A DNA stretch of 64,000 nucleotides from Spironucleus salmonicida (taxonomy: Eukaryota), in NCBI RefSeq assembly GCF_000497125.1, contig NC_090603.1, positions 682,001 to 746,000 of the forward strand, given 5' to 3'. Position numbers and translations under genes: made by a program. The notes below the pieces were generated by a model that was not told the origin of the DNA, did no database searches, and saw only the letters and a list, made by a program, of their open reading frames with translations. Shown in pieces: positions 1 through 12,592 of this stretch (positions are counted from its first letter, which is position 1; each line of letters starts with the position of its first letter).

Positions 1-72
1 AGCACTGTTATTAGGATGATTTTACTAAAAATAATATTAATTTGACCTAAATAAAATGATATACTATTGAAA

Positions 73-2414
73 ATGTTAAAATTTTATTATGCATATGCTA
101 TTTACTTTATCTATAATCGTATTGTGTCCGCTGCATTGTTTTTTTTGATAATTCGTACGGAGAACATCATTCTGTTGGTAATTTATGGCTATATCCACTC
201 CTACTGTCAATATTTCTTCTACACTGCTGTTTCTATGAGGTTTTTTGCAGATTGGGGCTAGTTTTGTCTTAAAGTGCAGCATTCAACCAGTATTTACTTA
301 CATGATTGTGTTAACTATTCTGGCTATCCACTCATTCTACATGGCTTTCTATGCAATGAATGTAGGCAGTTTGCTTATGTTAACACATAGTTATTTCAAA
401 ACATACGCTGGTTCGGTAAGCGTGTTTAAGGATAATACGGTTACTAACCTGAAGTAGGTAACCATTTAGAAGCTGAACAACATATTCGACCTTATTGTGT
501 AGGAAATTATCGATGCTAAATTCATCATAATTTTATACAATGCGGTTATAGGCTTTGCGGTCGTATCTGCTAGCGCTATAGTTTACATTTACTGGAAGTA
601 GGTTTTTTAAAGCTTCAGACGACACCATAAAAACCCACGAAAATATTGATTATCATACATTGATGCGTTAATTGGTATAGGAGCACTCACATACAGAGTT
701 CTCTTTTGCACGTTCTTCGCCAATACTGGCCAAGACTCAAGGATAGTAGAGTCCGCACCAGCCAACTGGTACCTCTGGAAATCACTGTCCACGTACAAGA
801 TAAACGAGAATAGGCTATAGTCTCTGATTAGGGAAGAGCATTCGATGCCCCAGATTCTAAAGGACATATTCTATATTGACAATCGTGACGTAATACAATT
901 TCCGTACTTCGTTGACTCCCGGGACGTTTATTGTAAATTTAGCGAATGCGAAGAGGAGGTAATGGCAGAATAAATGGTCGCTAAACAGGATATGCCCAAT
1001 AGCGTTCTCGTGATGATAGGGTCGTTTTCGGCCAATCTGCTCCTGTTGAAAGACTAGGACTTCTCGGAAGAGCAAAACGGAGGAGCCTTCAACGCAACCA
1101 CCATGCCGAATTTGGCCAGATTGAACGAGCTTGGCTCCACCAATATCGGGGTAAACTTCCCTGGCGGCCCCACCATTCTCGGCTGGTTCGGCATCGAGAC
1201 GGGGAATTTCCCCATCCGGCACGGAATCGGCATCACGTAGCAGCGTGGCAAGGATCACCTCACTCTAGCAAAGTTCTTTAATTATTTGGGCTACACGACC
1301 GCTTACACTTCGTCTGCCCCTCCAGAGTTCGATGCCAAGCATAACATACTGTACAATGGAGATTTCGAGAATGCGCAGTATTGCTGTCCCACCAAGGCCC
1401 CTTGGTTTGAGAACTTCACAAATTCAGACTGGGACGCGGATAGAATTACAAAGGATCAGTTTGAGCTCCAAATTTAGAATATTTCGACGCATTTCTTCGC
1501 GAACTGGTTCACTATTGACACGCACTCAAGCTAGTAGGTCTTCGACCAGCCTCAGTACTACGACGAAACGATAAGCCCTAAGTATGTCAAAATGACCAAC
1601 TATTTCGACAAGTAGCTCGGGAAGCTGGTTGCCTTCCTGAAGGGCAATCACTCCAACGCTATCATAGTGGTGATGGACGATCACGACCAGCGATACGCAA
1701 TTTCTCCATCGATGTGTTCGGGATGGGACACCGAATGCGCTAACAAGGCTGTCAGCGAAGACTATTTTGGAACTACCACTACTGAAGCATACATCGGGGA
1801 GGACAGTGCGCTACAGTAGCAGTTTAACCTGAATAAATCTACAATAAATTTTCTGACACGAATTCCTTCTTTCTGGCCTTTTAGCGGCAACTTACACGCT
1901 ACCTAAAGGTGCCGTTGGTGACGAAGCGTGTACCAACACCCGGATCTCTTACTCACAAAATTATCGAGCATCTGTCCACTAACATCACCAGAAGCTACTT
2001 TACGACTATTCTAAACGCTAGTAGTTCACGTGCTCGATAACCTGCCGGATTTTCAACAATTCTACTTAGTTTATAAATCAACGTCCAAAATATATCTCTA
2101 CTGATGACCTCGTGTCAGCTAAGAGAATGATAAGGGTAAGAAATTCCATCTCTGCATAGAAACTCATGTGGAGCGATGAGTTCAACTGTCAGTTAGACGC
2201 GTGCATGCTCCCTAATTTCAACAGAATATTCGCGCCTGACTACTACATTGCGATGCTGGTGCACATAGGTATCCCAACGTGTCTCTGTAGTTTCAGTATT
2301 ATATCGAGCATTGCTTACTCACAAGTCGAGAAATCATAGCATCCAGCAGCTAAGAAGTTTATTTAATTATTGTTGTAAAGGAATTAAAGCTAAGATGATA
2401 CTTAACTTATATGA
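73..2414 (+). pseudogene. Disrupted paralogue of the sulfatase/LTA-synthase-like membrane protein at 17212-19605
   Basis: Pieces align to the intact copy (AYTSSAPPEFD, NILYNGDFEN, NWFTIDTH, YIDNRD). It has about four frameshifts (~140-158, ~241, ~1838, ~2000), an in-frame TGA at 647-649, and decayed motifs (VESF to IGSF, GDHG to DDHD). Confidence 0.8.
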
Positions 2415-3266
2415 GTTATTAGAGAATTATTAAGATGAATTTACTGAATTAAATATTTTCACAAAAGAGATATTTTATTAATTAGGACTAAACAATAGTT
2501 ACTTCAATAAAAAAGACTTGCTTAAAACTATATTCTTTCATGTAGAACTCTAATGAATTATTTATAAGTAATATATTAGATTTTATAAATTGTTACTTAC
2601 TTCACAAGGAAATAATTTCACTGCTAAGTATACATTTTTTCTAATTAGTGAAGAAAACGTTTTTACCATTTAATGCTTTATTACCATATAACTCAGTTTA
2701 TTATAGTATTTTTAGAGAATTTCATCCTTTCTAATTTCTCATATTGGAGTATAAATCAATTTTTCATTATTTCGATCATAATTAATTTCGGTCAAATTCT
2801 CAATACTTATTATTGTTATGATAATGTTAAAAAATATTTTCTTATAATGGACTCAATACATAGTATACAAATTACTAAATATTTGTAGTTAAAAAATCAA
2901 ACAAAAAATAAATTTGGTTATTGATATTCATTCTTTATTGTGGTTGGATATAAAGATCTATACATTTTTAAATCTAGCAATATCTTAGGAATTACTAATA
3001 ATAAATAATTAAACAGCTTTTATAATTAAATAAATGCATGTAATTATTTTTCCATTCTATTTCATATATTAAATATTACTTATTATTTTGTAACTATAAA
3101 GTAAGGAAACTTAAAGAAGCTGAATTTATAATTTGCTTCATAGAATTTCTACTATTCATTTTTATTATAAATAAAAATTAGTAAAACTTTGTTTTTATAA
3201 TTTACTAAAAAGCATTTTATCCATTATAATATATTAATAAGCATTGATTAATCTATCAATATTAAA

Positions 3267-4025
3267 ATGAGTTTACTATTCTCTAAAAGTTTCTTGTAAG
3301 AAACTTAGAATTAATCTACAAATAGCTTAACTAAGTCTTAACGGTCAAGGTCTATGTTAATATCTAATTCGTTTAAATCATCTATAGTAACAAACTAAAA
3401 CAACATTTTGTCATCTATTTTCTAAAAAAATTAGCCTTGTAAATTGAATAATTAAACATCATTTCAAATTCCACTAGTATAAAATAATCATAATATTGAA
3501 TTCAAAACTCCACGTTATTTATCTACACGATAATAACCAACAAATTTTAGACAGCAGATTCAGATAAATACTACTCTACGCTCATAAGTATAAGTATTTA
3601 AAATGATTGATTGCAATAATTATCAGGTTTTATTTGCATAAGCTATTTAAAATGGTATGTATGATTTTCTCAAAAAACTATACCCAATATTTAAGAAAGA
3701 GAAAGCAAAAAGTTTTAAACTAGACTAGAAAGTATTAGATAATTTATCTATCTTATTTCTTAAAAATCATTTAAATACAAGAATTTTAAGATCAGAAAAC
3801 TGTATTTTGTAAAAATGTGCAGAGGAAGCACTTACAGAATATATCCTAGAAATGTAGCTTATTTTTGGAGATTTTGGACTTTCTATTGTACGAGAAATAG
3901 AAGTAATAAAATACTAAAATTAATAAGGTGGATTGTGCTAGTTTTATATTAATGATAGTCGAATATCAAAATAATTTTTGAACGATGTAAATAACGCAAT
4001 TATTTGTGCTATTTCAAAAGATTGA
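3267..4025 (+). CDS. Hypothetical protein, 252 aa
   Basis: Open ATG-to-TGA frame in code 6; no motif recognised. Confidence 0.55.
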
Positions 4026-5000
4026 ATTTGTAATTAAAGAATACAAATTATTTATAGAGACGCATGCTATCCACGGAACAAGCATTAATATCAGATAATA
4101 AATTAAATTGTTAACTAATTGGAGTTAAGTAGTAATTATATTACCAGATTCGAATGATTAACTTTTTAATATACAGTTTATATAAAATTAAAAATGAAAC
4201 TAGACTATTAATTATTTACATTCATCCAAACAACAAATATATAGGTTATCAAATTTAATATAGGTTATCAATACTAATTTTTTTAACAAAATTGCTTTTG
4301 ATAATCAAGAATATACTGCTAAGAATCATGATAAATTTATACTATACTTTAAGGTATTCATGGTCTAATATATGAGTATTATAATATGTTATTAACATCA
4401 TGGCATAGTATTATACTAATAACAGATAAGAAATAAAATAGAGGTCATTTATAACTTTCGTACAATATGAAGAATTAATATTATAATATATTATTTTGAG
4501 TATCAAATTGTTTCATTAATATAATAAATTTATATCATAAATTAAGTAAAAGTTCATAAAATGTTATTGCAATTATACCTACGAATAAGTTATTATAAGC
4601 AATAAGTATATATTTTTTATAATTACGTAATTATATTATATTAGAATTATATTCATGTAAACATTATTTTGTATAAGGTTTAGTTGCATGTATCGATATG
4701 TTATTTTTTTTAATACTGTGACAATTCACAATACCTGGATGATTAATTAATATTTACAATAGAATACGTAATCGCAGTGATAATATCAATAAAAAATACT
4801 GATAGAATTTTTAACAATCACAAAATTATAATATATAATTAAAAAGATTTATTTTGTATATTATTCAAATTTGATGTCATCGAAACCTATGTAACTGATT
4901 AGCCTTAATAATAAAATTTAATTTAATAAGTATATATTAATGCCATATTATTAAAGATTTTTCAAATCTTTGAACATAATCAAATCTTTCATTTCACCAA

Positions 5001-7142
5001 ATGGGTAAATTAGCATTCTTTACTAATCCTACTTCTATCGCTGTTATCGGTGCTTCCTCTGCTGCTGGCAAGGTTGGTTATACCGTTGTTGATAATATCA
5101 AGACATCCGGTTATACTGGTAAGGTTTATCCTATCAATCCTAAGGCTCCTGAAATTAATGGTTTCAAAGCTTATCCTAATATCACTGCTTGTCCTGAGAC
5201 CCCTGAATTAGCAGTTTTTGTTATTCCTGCCAAGCATTGCTTAGCTACTGCTGAAGAGTGCGGCCAGAAGGGTGTTCGTGGTTGTGTTATCATTTCTGCT
5301 GGCTTTAAGGAAGTAGGTGGTGACGGTATTGAACTTGAACAAAAGCTCGTTGCTATTGGTAAGAAATATGACATGAGAATTGTTGGTCCTAACGTTTTAG
5401 GAGTTTCTACTCCTAGTTTTAACTGTACTTTTGCTTCTCGCCATCCCAGAAAGGGGCCTATTGCTTTCCTTTCATAATCTGGTGCTATGCTTACTTCTAT
5501 TCTCGACTGGTCTTTTGCCAACAATATCGGTTTCTCCAACTTTATCTCTCTTGGTAACAAGTGCGATGTTCACGAAACTGAACTTATTGAAGAAGTTTGC
5601 GAAGATGATAATACTAAAATTATCCTTTTGTATCTTGAATCCATCGTTGATGGTCCCGCTTTCTTAGAACGTGTATCTGTTGCTTCTCGTAAAAAGCCCA
5701 TTATCATCCTCAAATCTGGTACCTCTTTGGCTGGTGCCGCCGCTGCATCTTCTCACACTGGTGCTCTTGCTGGTAACGATATTGCTTTCGATCTCGCTTT
5801 TGCTCAAGCTGGTGTTATCCGTGCCAAGACTATGTCCGAACTCTTCTCTCTTGCCCGTCTTTTCTCCAACACCAACTTCAATACTCTTAAGGCTGTTTAA
5901 GACAGAAAATTTGTTATCATCACAAACGCTGGTGGACCAGGTATCATTGCTACTGATGCCTTCGAAACTTTTGGTGTTTCTCTCTCTTAAATGACTGAGG
6001 CCACCAAGGATGCTCTCAGAAAAGCTCTTCCTGAAGAAGCGTCTGTTAAGAACCCAGTTGACGTTATCGGTGATGCTACCCCTGATCGTTATGCTAAGGC
6101 TATGGAGATTGCTTTCACCGACCCAAATGTCGATGGTTGCCTTGTTCTCGTTACTCCTTAGGCTTAAACTCAGCCTGATGAAGTTGCTAGACTTTGTGTT
6201 GAAGTATAGAAGAAGAACCCTGACAAACTTATTGTTACCTCTTTCATGGGTGGTGACACTATGAAGTCCCCTGCTCAAATCCTTGCTACTGGTAATATAT
6301 CCAACTATGACTTCCCTGAGCCAGCTCTCTAAGCCATTCGTGCTGTTTGCGATTATGCTAAGCTCCGTCTTCTTCCTTCTGCAGCATCTGACTGTGGTGA
6401 TGTTTGTGGTTTCAAAGATCAGAAGAAGCATGACAGAATTGTCTAGATTTTCAAAGAAGTTCGTGAAGATGATCGTACTGTTTTACTTTCTCACGAAACT
6501 TCTGAAATATTCCAGATTATGGGTGTTTCTGCCCCATTAACGAAGCTTGCTGCTACTAAGGAAGAAGCTGGTAAATTTGCTGACGAATTAAAGTATCCCA
6601 TTGTTATGAAAATTGTTTCTGCTTAAATTATGCATAAATCAGATTGTGGTGGTGTCAAGCTTTTCTTGAAGACTAAAGAAGAATGTATAGCTGCGTTTGA
6701 TGAAATCATGCATAATGCTAAGACTAGAGGTCCATCTGGTGCTATCTTAAAGGGTGTTGAAGTATAATAGATGGTTGACTTCACTAAGAAAAACAAATCT
6801 ACTGAAGTCATCGTTGGTATGAATCGTGATGGCAACTTTGGTCCTATGATCATGTTCGGACAGGGTGGTGTTTATGCTAACTACGTCAAGGATGTTGCCT
6901 TCGAGCTTTCTTATGGTTATACTAGAGAAAAAGCTTTTGAACAGCTTAAGAAGACCAAGATCAACGCCATATTAGAAGGTGTTCGTGGTCAACCCAGATC
7001 TGATATTGACGGACTTGTTGATATCTTAGTTAAGCTTTCTCAACTCGTTACCAAGTTCCCTGAAATCCAGGAGCTTGATATGAACCCTCTTCTAGTTTTC
7101 GACGACTCCATTGCCGCCGTTGACGTCAAGATTACCATCTGA
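5001..7142 (+). CDS. ACD: Acetyl-CoA synthetase (ADP-forming), fused alpha-beta, 713 aa
   Basis: Track fragments join through TAA/TAG. CoA-binding N-terminus (IAVIGAS, YPINP, GPN), SQSGA, SSHTGALAG phospho-His, and C-terminal ATP-grasp (HKSDCGGV, ELDMNP). Confidence 0.95.
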
Positions 7143-7180
7143 TTGTATTTGGATTTTTACATATTAAATTTATATAAACT

Positions 7181-7657
7181 TCACTCTTTTACGGATAAGC
7201 CCCCACCATAACCAATAATCTCAACGATTTCGTATGTTGCGTCATCCACTTCAGGATTTTTAGAGTTAAAACATGATTTTATATTGGTAAAATCGACAGA
7301 GGGTGCTAAGATAAGCATTTCAAGTTATTATGGAGAGACTTAAAAGTCAGCATGATTCTCCACAGAAAACTTTTGTGCCTTTTTCTCTTAATAGCTATCT
7401 TTGACTACTGCATCATCAGGGAAGCGGCCTTTTTCTTGTCTTTCTCTTTCAGATTCACGCGTCTAAATTAAAATTGAAGCTGCATGCATTTTTATAGAAT
7501 TAACTAAAAATTTAGGTTTTTGATATGTTGTAAGCTGGTAAAAATCGTTAAAACATTACTCATAATGCTATGCCTGATTTTAAATCTCTGATTAATCATA
7601 AATTGTTGATAGTTTAGAGAAATAGTAGGCCATACTCTCATGTACTGGCAACTGCAT
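7181..7657 (-). CDS. Hypothetical protein, 158 aa
   Basis: MQLPVHESMAYY...GLSVKE; C-rich element before the ATG; ends GAGTGA. Confidence 0.6.
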
Positions 7658-7777
7658 TACTTTAAAGGAAGGGACAACATAAATTATTATATATAAAATA
7701 AGTATTTTTAATTATACATTTTTGATATATCATATTATTATAATTTTTTATAGATTTGTCACTTCTTTATCCATCTA

Positions 7778-8272
7778 ATGCGGAACGACCATACATTTTT
7801 GGAAACACTCATACACCCATAACTACACCAAACTGCCTCCCCATTTAAGAGCTAATCTGCGAAAACTAACTTTCGTGCGATGCCTTCCTGCCTGTAAAAA
7901 TCTCCCCCACTGGCACCCAAAACGAATTTCCTGAACCCAAATTTCGACGCAGAAGTTCAGTGGAAGATTCGAGCGAGCTGCAAGGCAAACTACATTTCTG
8001 ATGTAGTGGAGCGTGTTTGTAGGGAGCGTAATGTGCGTAAATACGACTAGGATACGCGACAGATGCAGGGCAGCTTCGATGCATAAAATCTCTGCGTTGA
8101 TAGGACAGCGCGCATCTTCGATAGCGGCAAAGGTCCCTCAATGCGCGCTTGTGGCAACAGCAACGTTGCACTGGTACTACGAGGCCGCAATCGGCAGTTC
8201 CGGAATACATGCGTGAGCGGGTATGTCGTTCAGGGTGGTTGGAGCCTGGAGCTGTGTAATTGGGACCAGTGA
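7778..8272 (+). CDS. Hypothetical protein, 164 aa
   Basis: MRNDHTFLET...LCNWDQ; GC-rich open frame ending CAGTGA; divergent from the 7657 gene. Confidence 0.65.
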
Positions 8273-8540
8273 ACTTTAGAATTTGGATATATTGGTGTAG
8301 AGCGTAGTAGTTGAGTTTCTGAGCTTTTTGTAAATTTCAATTTTATGGAGAAACTCGCGTTAATTAAGTAATTTTGACAGCATTTGCCTAGCTTTTAGAT
8401 AGAATTAGGAACTATAGATGGAGATAAATGAAACTCCCTAGCTGTATAGTAAAACCTAAAGAAAATGGGATTTGACAATGGAAATGTAATGTAGCTAAGC
8501 TAATAATATTTTAATACAAAACATAATCAATCAGGTGAAT

Positions 8541-10106
8541 TCAAAAATCCTCTACGTCTAGTTTCTTAAACTATTTATTAATTTTAAACTTACTTAAAAA
8601 CTTGCCTTTAAGCATCGTTTCAAATACCACAAGGAGTATAGAGAAAACAATCATGAACATACAATATGAGCATAGGAAGATTATACTTAACCATATATTT
8701 GGTGGCATATCAACCTCAAATTGAGATATCAGTATACTTTGGAAATAAGAACCAGTCTAAATCCTTAATCTATACTAGTAAGGATGGAGCAATACCGTTG
8801 CAATTGCTGTGTTATAGGTTTCTGTGTCAATTGGGATATCTAGAGTAAGTTATGTTGAATTATAATTTTCTATTTGAAACTAGGCTATAAGCTACTAGTT
8901 TTAATTCAGTTCAACATCTTATTTTGTTAAATAGCCATAAGTAATAAAATTAGTATCGGCACTTGTTGCAAATATGCAAAAGCTGCCTAATGTTAAGAAG
9001 TGTATTTTTATAACCGAATTTTGAATATTGACAGAAACATCTTTAAAACAAGACAAATAATTATGGGTTACTTAAAATGCAGCGGCGTTAACAACCTTTT
9101 TATTTTAGAGATATTAAATGGTCAAAAAAGCTTTAACATAATTAACATCTAGGGTACTCATAATATTCATTAGGTCTTAGCAATTTTCAGAATCTACTAC
9201 CATATTACATTAGAGTCGGTTCATTTTTAACATATTATCTATGTTTTCTATAACTTTAAGCACATATACCTTGTTTTAATATTGTATAGTAACTGTCATC
9301 AAAAATTCATTTATAGATTCGGCTTAAATCCACGTTTACAATTCTATAAGACGATCTTTATTATATGTAGGATTAAATGCTACTTGGTCTTCATATAAAA
9401 CAAAATTAATTTCATCGAAAATATTAATTTGGTGTTCAAATGCTTAATGTTATATGCTAAGTTAAGTTTCAAAATACAGTTTTGATATAGAACCTTTAAT
9501 ATTTACAACAATAGAATATACTGTATTTATCAATACTTAATATAGTTCAGAATTTTAAAAAGTAACAACAATATTATCAGAATCAATACTGACGACACCT
9601 GACTCAAACTCAAGAATCAACTCAGAAGATTCGTAAAGTTAAATAATAGCCTCTTTAAAAGAATCAGCACCGGCTAACTAAAAGCATTTAAAATTAGCTG
9701 TGACTATTTAGTTAGTAGACCCAATAAGTATTGAGACATTTTGGCATTGAATTTAATCAAATCTCAGGTTCTGTATAGCTCCAACTGAAAGCTCTGTACT
9801 TGTACCAATCGAATCGATAACTAGTGAAATATCGGAAGCTGAGTCATATCTAACGCAATTAGTGCATTTAAAAACTAGTGTATTTGTAGTTTAGTAATTG
9901 AATTCATTGAAAATTTAAGTTACATCCATTTTATCATCGGGAAATTACAAAACTCCCATAATTCCATCAGGAAAAATACATCTAGAATCATTAGTAGATG
10001 ATAAGAAAACGTTTATTATTTCTTTTTAGAGGTCTAATTGAATATATGTTTACTAATCATAACATGCTTGAAAATTCTGTAAAAAGAGATTTAAAATAAT
10101 TATCAT
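8541..10106 (-). CDS. Type I membrane protein, 521 aa
   Basis: Short hydrophobic N-terminus (MIIILNLFL), spaced Cys, C-terminal hydrophobic helix (IWLSIIFLCSYCMFMIVFSILLVVF) and a basic tail. Confidence 0.7.
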
Positions 10107-10242
10107 TTTTGCAATTTAACTATTATTATCCATATTTATATTATATTTTAGATACAAAAATTATTTAATTATAAACAAATAGTTATTAATAATTTATTTT
10201 TAACAAATAATAATATTTTATCTGATATTTCAAATTATAAAA

Positions 10243-10410
10243 ATGGGAGCGTGTTGTGAAAAGGAAACTAAATAGCCAAAGCTAGAGATCAATGGTGATG
10301 ATGATATGTCTAGTATAGTTTTAACGTAATTGAAGAATTAAAACCTTCTTACTAGTTAAGGTAAGGATTCTCTAAATGATTTGATTAATAGTGGTTAATC
10401 ATATTAATGA
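10243..10410 (+). CDS. 55-aa microprotein with dual-acylation N-terminus (MGACC)
   Basis: MGACCEKETKQPKLEINGDDD...; Gly2 plus Cys4/Cys5; A-rich start context. Confidence 0.55.
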
Positions 10411-10464
10411 TACGAATTAGTGATCATTATGGCGAAAATTTCATTTATATAATATAGTTATTAT

Positions 10465-10791
10465 TCACATATCACTCCAATGAAACTCTTACTTGGATAA
10501 TAACTATCTTGTTGTTTATCGAGAATTATTAAGACGATCTTTAGATAAAAATTCTTTTGTCGATTAATATTTAAACTTTGATTATGACTGCGTATTTTGA
10601 TATATTTATGCTTGTTTGATAGGGTTTAATGATTAAAGTATAAAAAGCTGTTTATATTTAAGTTGATGTGAGATTGAAGCTTAATCGATCGCTGATAGCG
10701 ACAAATTTTTATATATTTTCTACTGAGTAGCTTTAAATGGCTTTCTTTAAGGATTAACTATAGGAGTTTAAATTTTAAGATCGTCTTTCAT
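10465..10791 (-). CDS. Hypothetical basic protein, 108 aa
   Basis: Open frame MKDDLKIQTP...FHWSDM with AGTGA just before the stop. Confidence 0.45.
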
Positions 10792-10966
10792 TTAAAAAAT
10801 ATATGTTATGTTTTCATAATTTATACTCTATTATTAATATTATGTCTATACTAAGTTTTTAAGTATGTGAATAAATTTGTATTCATCTGTTTTAGAATAA
10901 ATTCTAAGTAATCAAAATGGACAAATTATAAAGATGTATGTTTAATTTAAAATATTTATAGCAAAA

Positions 10967-12022
10967 TCATCCTTGTTCACCTCTTAAACTCTGCTAGAAT
11001 AATTCTTCTATTTCTCTCTAATCTAAGTCTCTTTGCATTAACCAACAAAGTTTCGTAAAAGCAGCCTCTGGCGTCATGCCTCTTCCACTAATACAGCCAG
11101 CCTCTCTGAGCTAATTACTAGCCTCGTATGCGCCTACAGAAATCATACTAGTGTGAGTCTGACTTACCAGACCAATGACACATCCTCCATCATGTAACTA
11201 TTTTAACTTTTTACATACTTGAGCGTCACCTCCATTTCCAGCTCCAAATACTTATAAAATCAATCCTTTATAAGTATTATAAGAGTCGAGCATTTCAACT
11301 TTAATGCCAGGAACCAAATAGACCATTCCAACTTTAGAAGAAACTGGATCTACGCTAAAATCGCCATTTCCATATTCTTCTTCTTTAAAGTTTCTAACTA
11401 AGTCTCGCCTAAACGAAAGACTAGTGCCAAATTCAGCCAGTGGTTACATTTAAGCTGAATCAAATGCATCAAGAGACCACGCAGAATACTTTTATACACG
11501 GTTCGCTCTATAAAGTTTGTTTGAAAAGAAAACAGTAACTTCTGGAATTTAAAGTTAAGATGCTACTAATATTGAACCTGCAAGATTGAAATATGCATCA
11601 GAATAAACATTACTAAGTGGAAGCTGTGATCCAGTGAAAACTATATGCTTTTACAGATTCTTGAACATAAAACTTAAAGCAGAAGCAGTATATGCGAGAG
11701 TATCAGTACCATGTATGATAACAAATCCACGAAAATGTTCATAAATTTCAAAAATTGCATTTCCAATCATCATCCAAGAGCCAGGATCCATTTAATATGA
11801 GATTAACGGTGTTTCTAAGTTAAAAAGCATGAAAGGAGGCATTTAAGCGTGATGGAATATTGGATTACTTTCTAAAGAATTTTTAACTATATCATGATCT
11901 ATATGGAAAGTATTAGACTGAGTTTTAGACATTCCAATTGTACCTCCAGTATAAATAATGGCTATTGATTTAGAAGGTGACGAAGGCAAAGCACTCATAG
12001 GGCAAAGTAACTTCGTGTTCAT
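10967..12022 (-). CDS. ansA: L-asparaginase, type I (AnsA-like), 351 aa
   Basis: IYTGGTIGM, HGTDTLAYTASALSFM, TGSQLP, MTPEAAFTKL and C-terminal LRGE motifs. Confidence 0.92.
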
Positions 12023-12572
12023 TTTTAAATATTACCTTAAGTATTATTAAGTATTATTATATTTATTAACAGTTAGTAAAATAATTGCTTATGTAATACT
12101 AAAAGTAAGAGAATTAAGTTTTTAAAATTACTTATTGTGATTTGATATAAAATAACTAATAATAATGAATGATATAATATATAATCATATTAGTTTTAGT
12201 TTGTAAAAATTTACATTGAATTTATGAACAAAGTATCAGACTAGTGAATATCTAATGTTTATTATTATTTAACATTAATATTTTAACATCTATGTAATAG
12301 TATCTGAAAAAGATAATGTATGAAATTTATTTTTAACTTATGACGATTATTTAACTAGAAATACGTCATTATACATCAAATAAATAAGCATTAATCTTAA
12401 TATTAACAATAATTAACCAGATTTTATTAAGTTCGTATTGTACTCTTTAATGAATAAGATTAATATATTCAAGATGCATAGAAGAATGCATTGTTCTGCG
12501 TGGTATTTTTTCAAATTTTATTACGTTTCTTCAGCTTAATTATTATAATATAAATAAAGATTACTTTTACTA

Positions 12573-12585
12573 TTTCCGCTTCTTT
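12573..12585 (+). promoter_or_regulatory. C-rich pyrimidine element before ATG (TTTCCGCTTCTTT)
   Basis: Lies 7 nt before the ATG; the same 13-mer precedes MAT. Confidence 0.5.
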
Positions 12586-12592
12586 CCAAAAT

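Noticed and set aside
178..250. GT...TTTTTTGCAG segment that would restore frame if spliced
   Set aside because: Its third frame encodes residues aligning to the intact paralogue (GEHHSVGN..YPL..CCFY) and it lacks an ACTAAC branch point, so frameshifts explain it better.
647..649. In-frame TGA as selenocysteine or readthrough
   Set aside because: The gene has other lesions, the paralogue shows no conserved Cys there, and no SECIS-like stem was seen.
4238..4271. Short direct repeat ATATAGGTTATCAA twice
   Set aside because: Only two copies in AT-rich DNA; not an array.
5664..6431. 255-aa antisense ORF from the track
   Set aside because: It is the shadow of the codon-biased ACD gene and has no motifs; the same applies to antisense track ORFs over the other GC-rich genes.
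5001..7142. ACD (and other genes) as fragmented pseudogenes or an operon
   Set aside because: The fragments share one frame and the breaks are TAA/TAG Gln codons.
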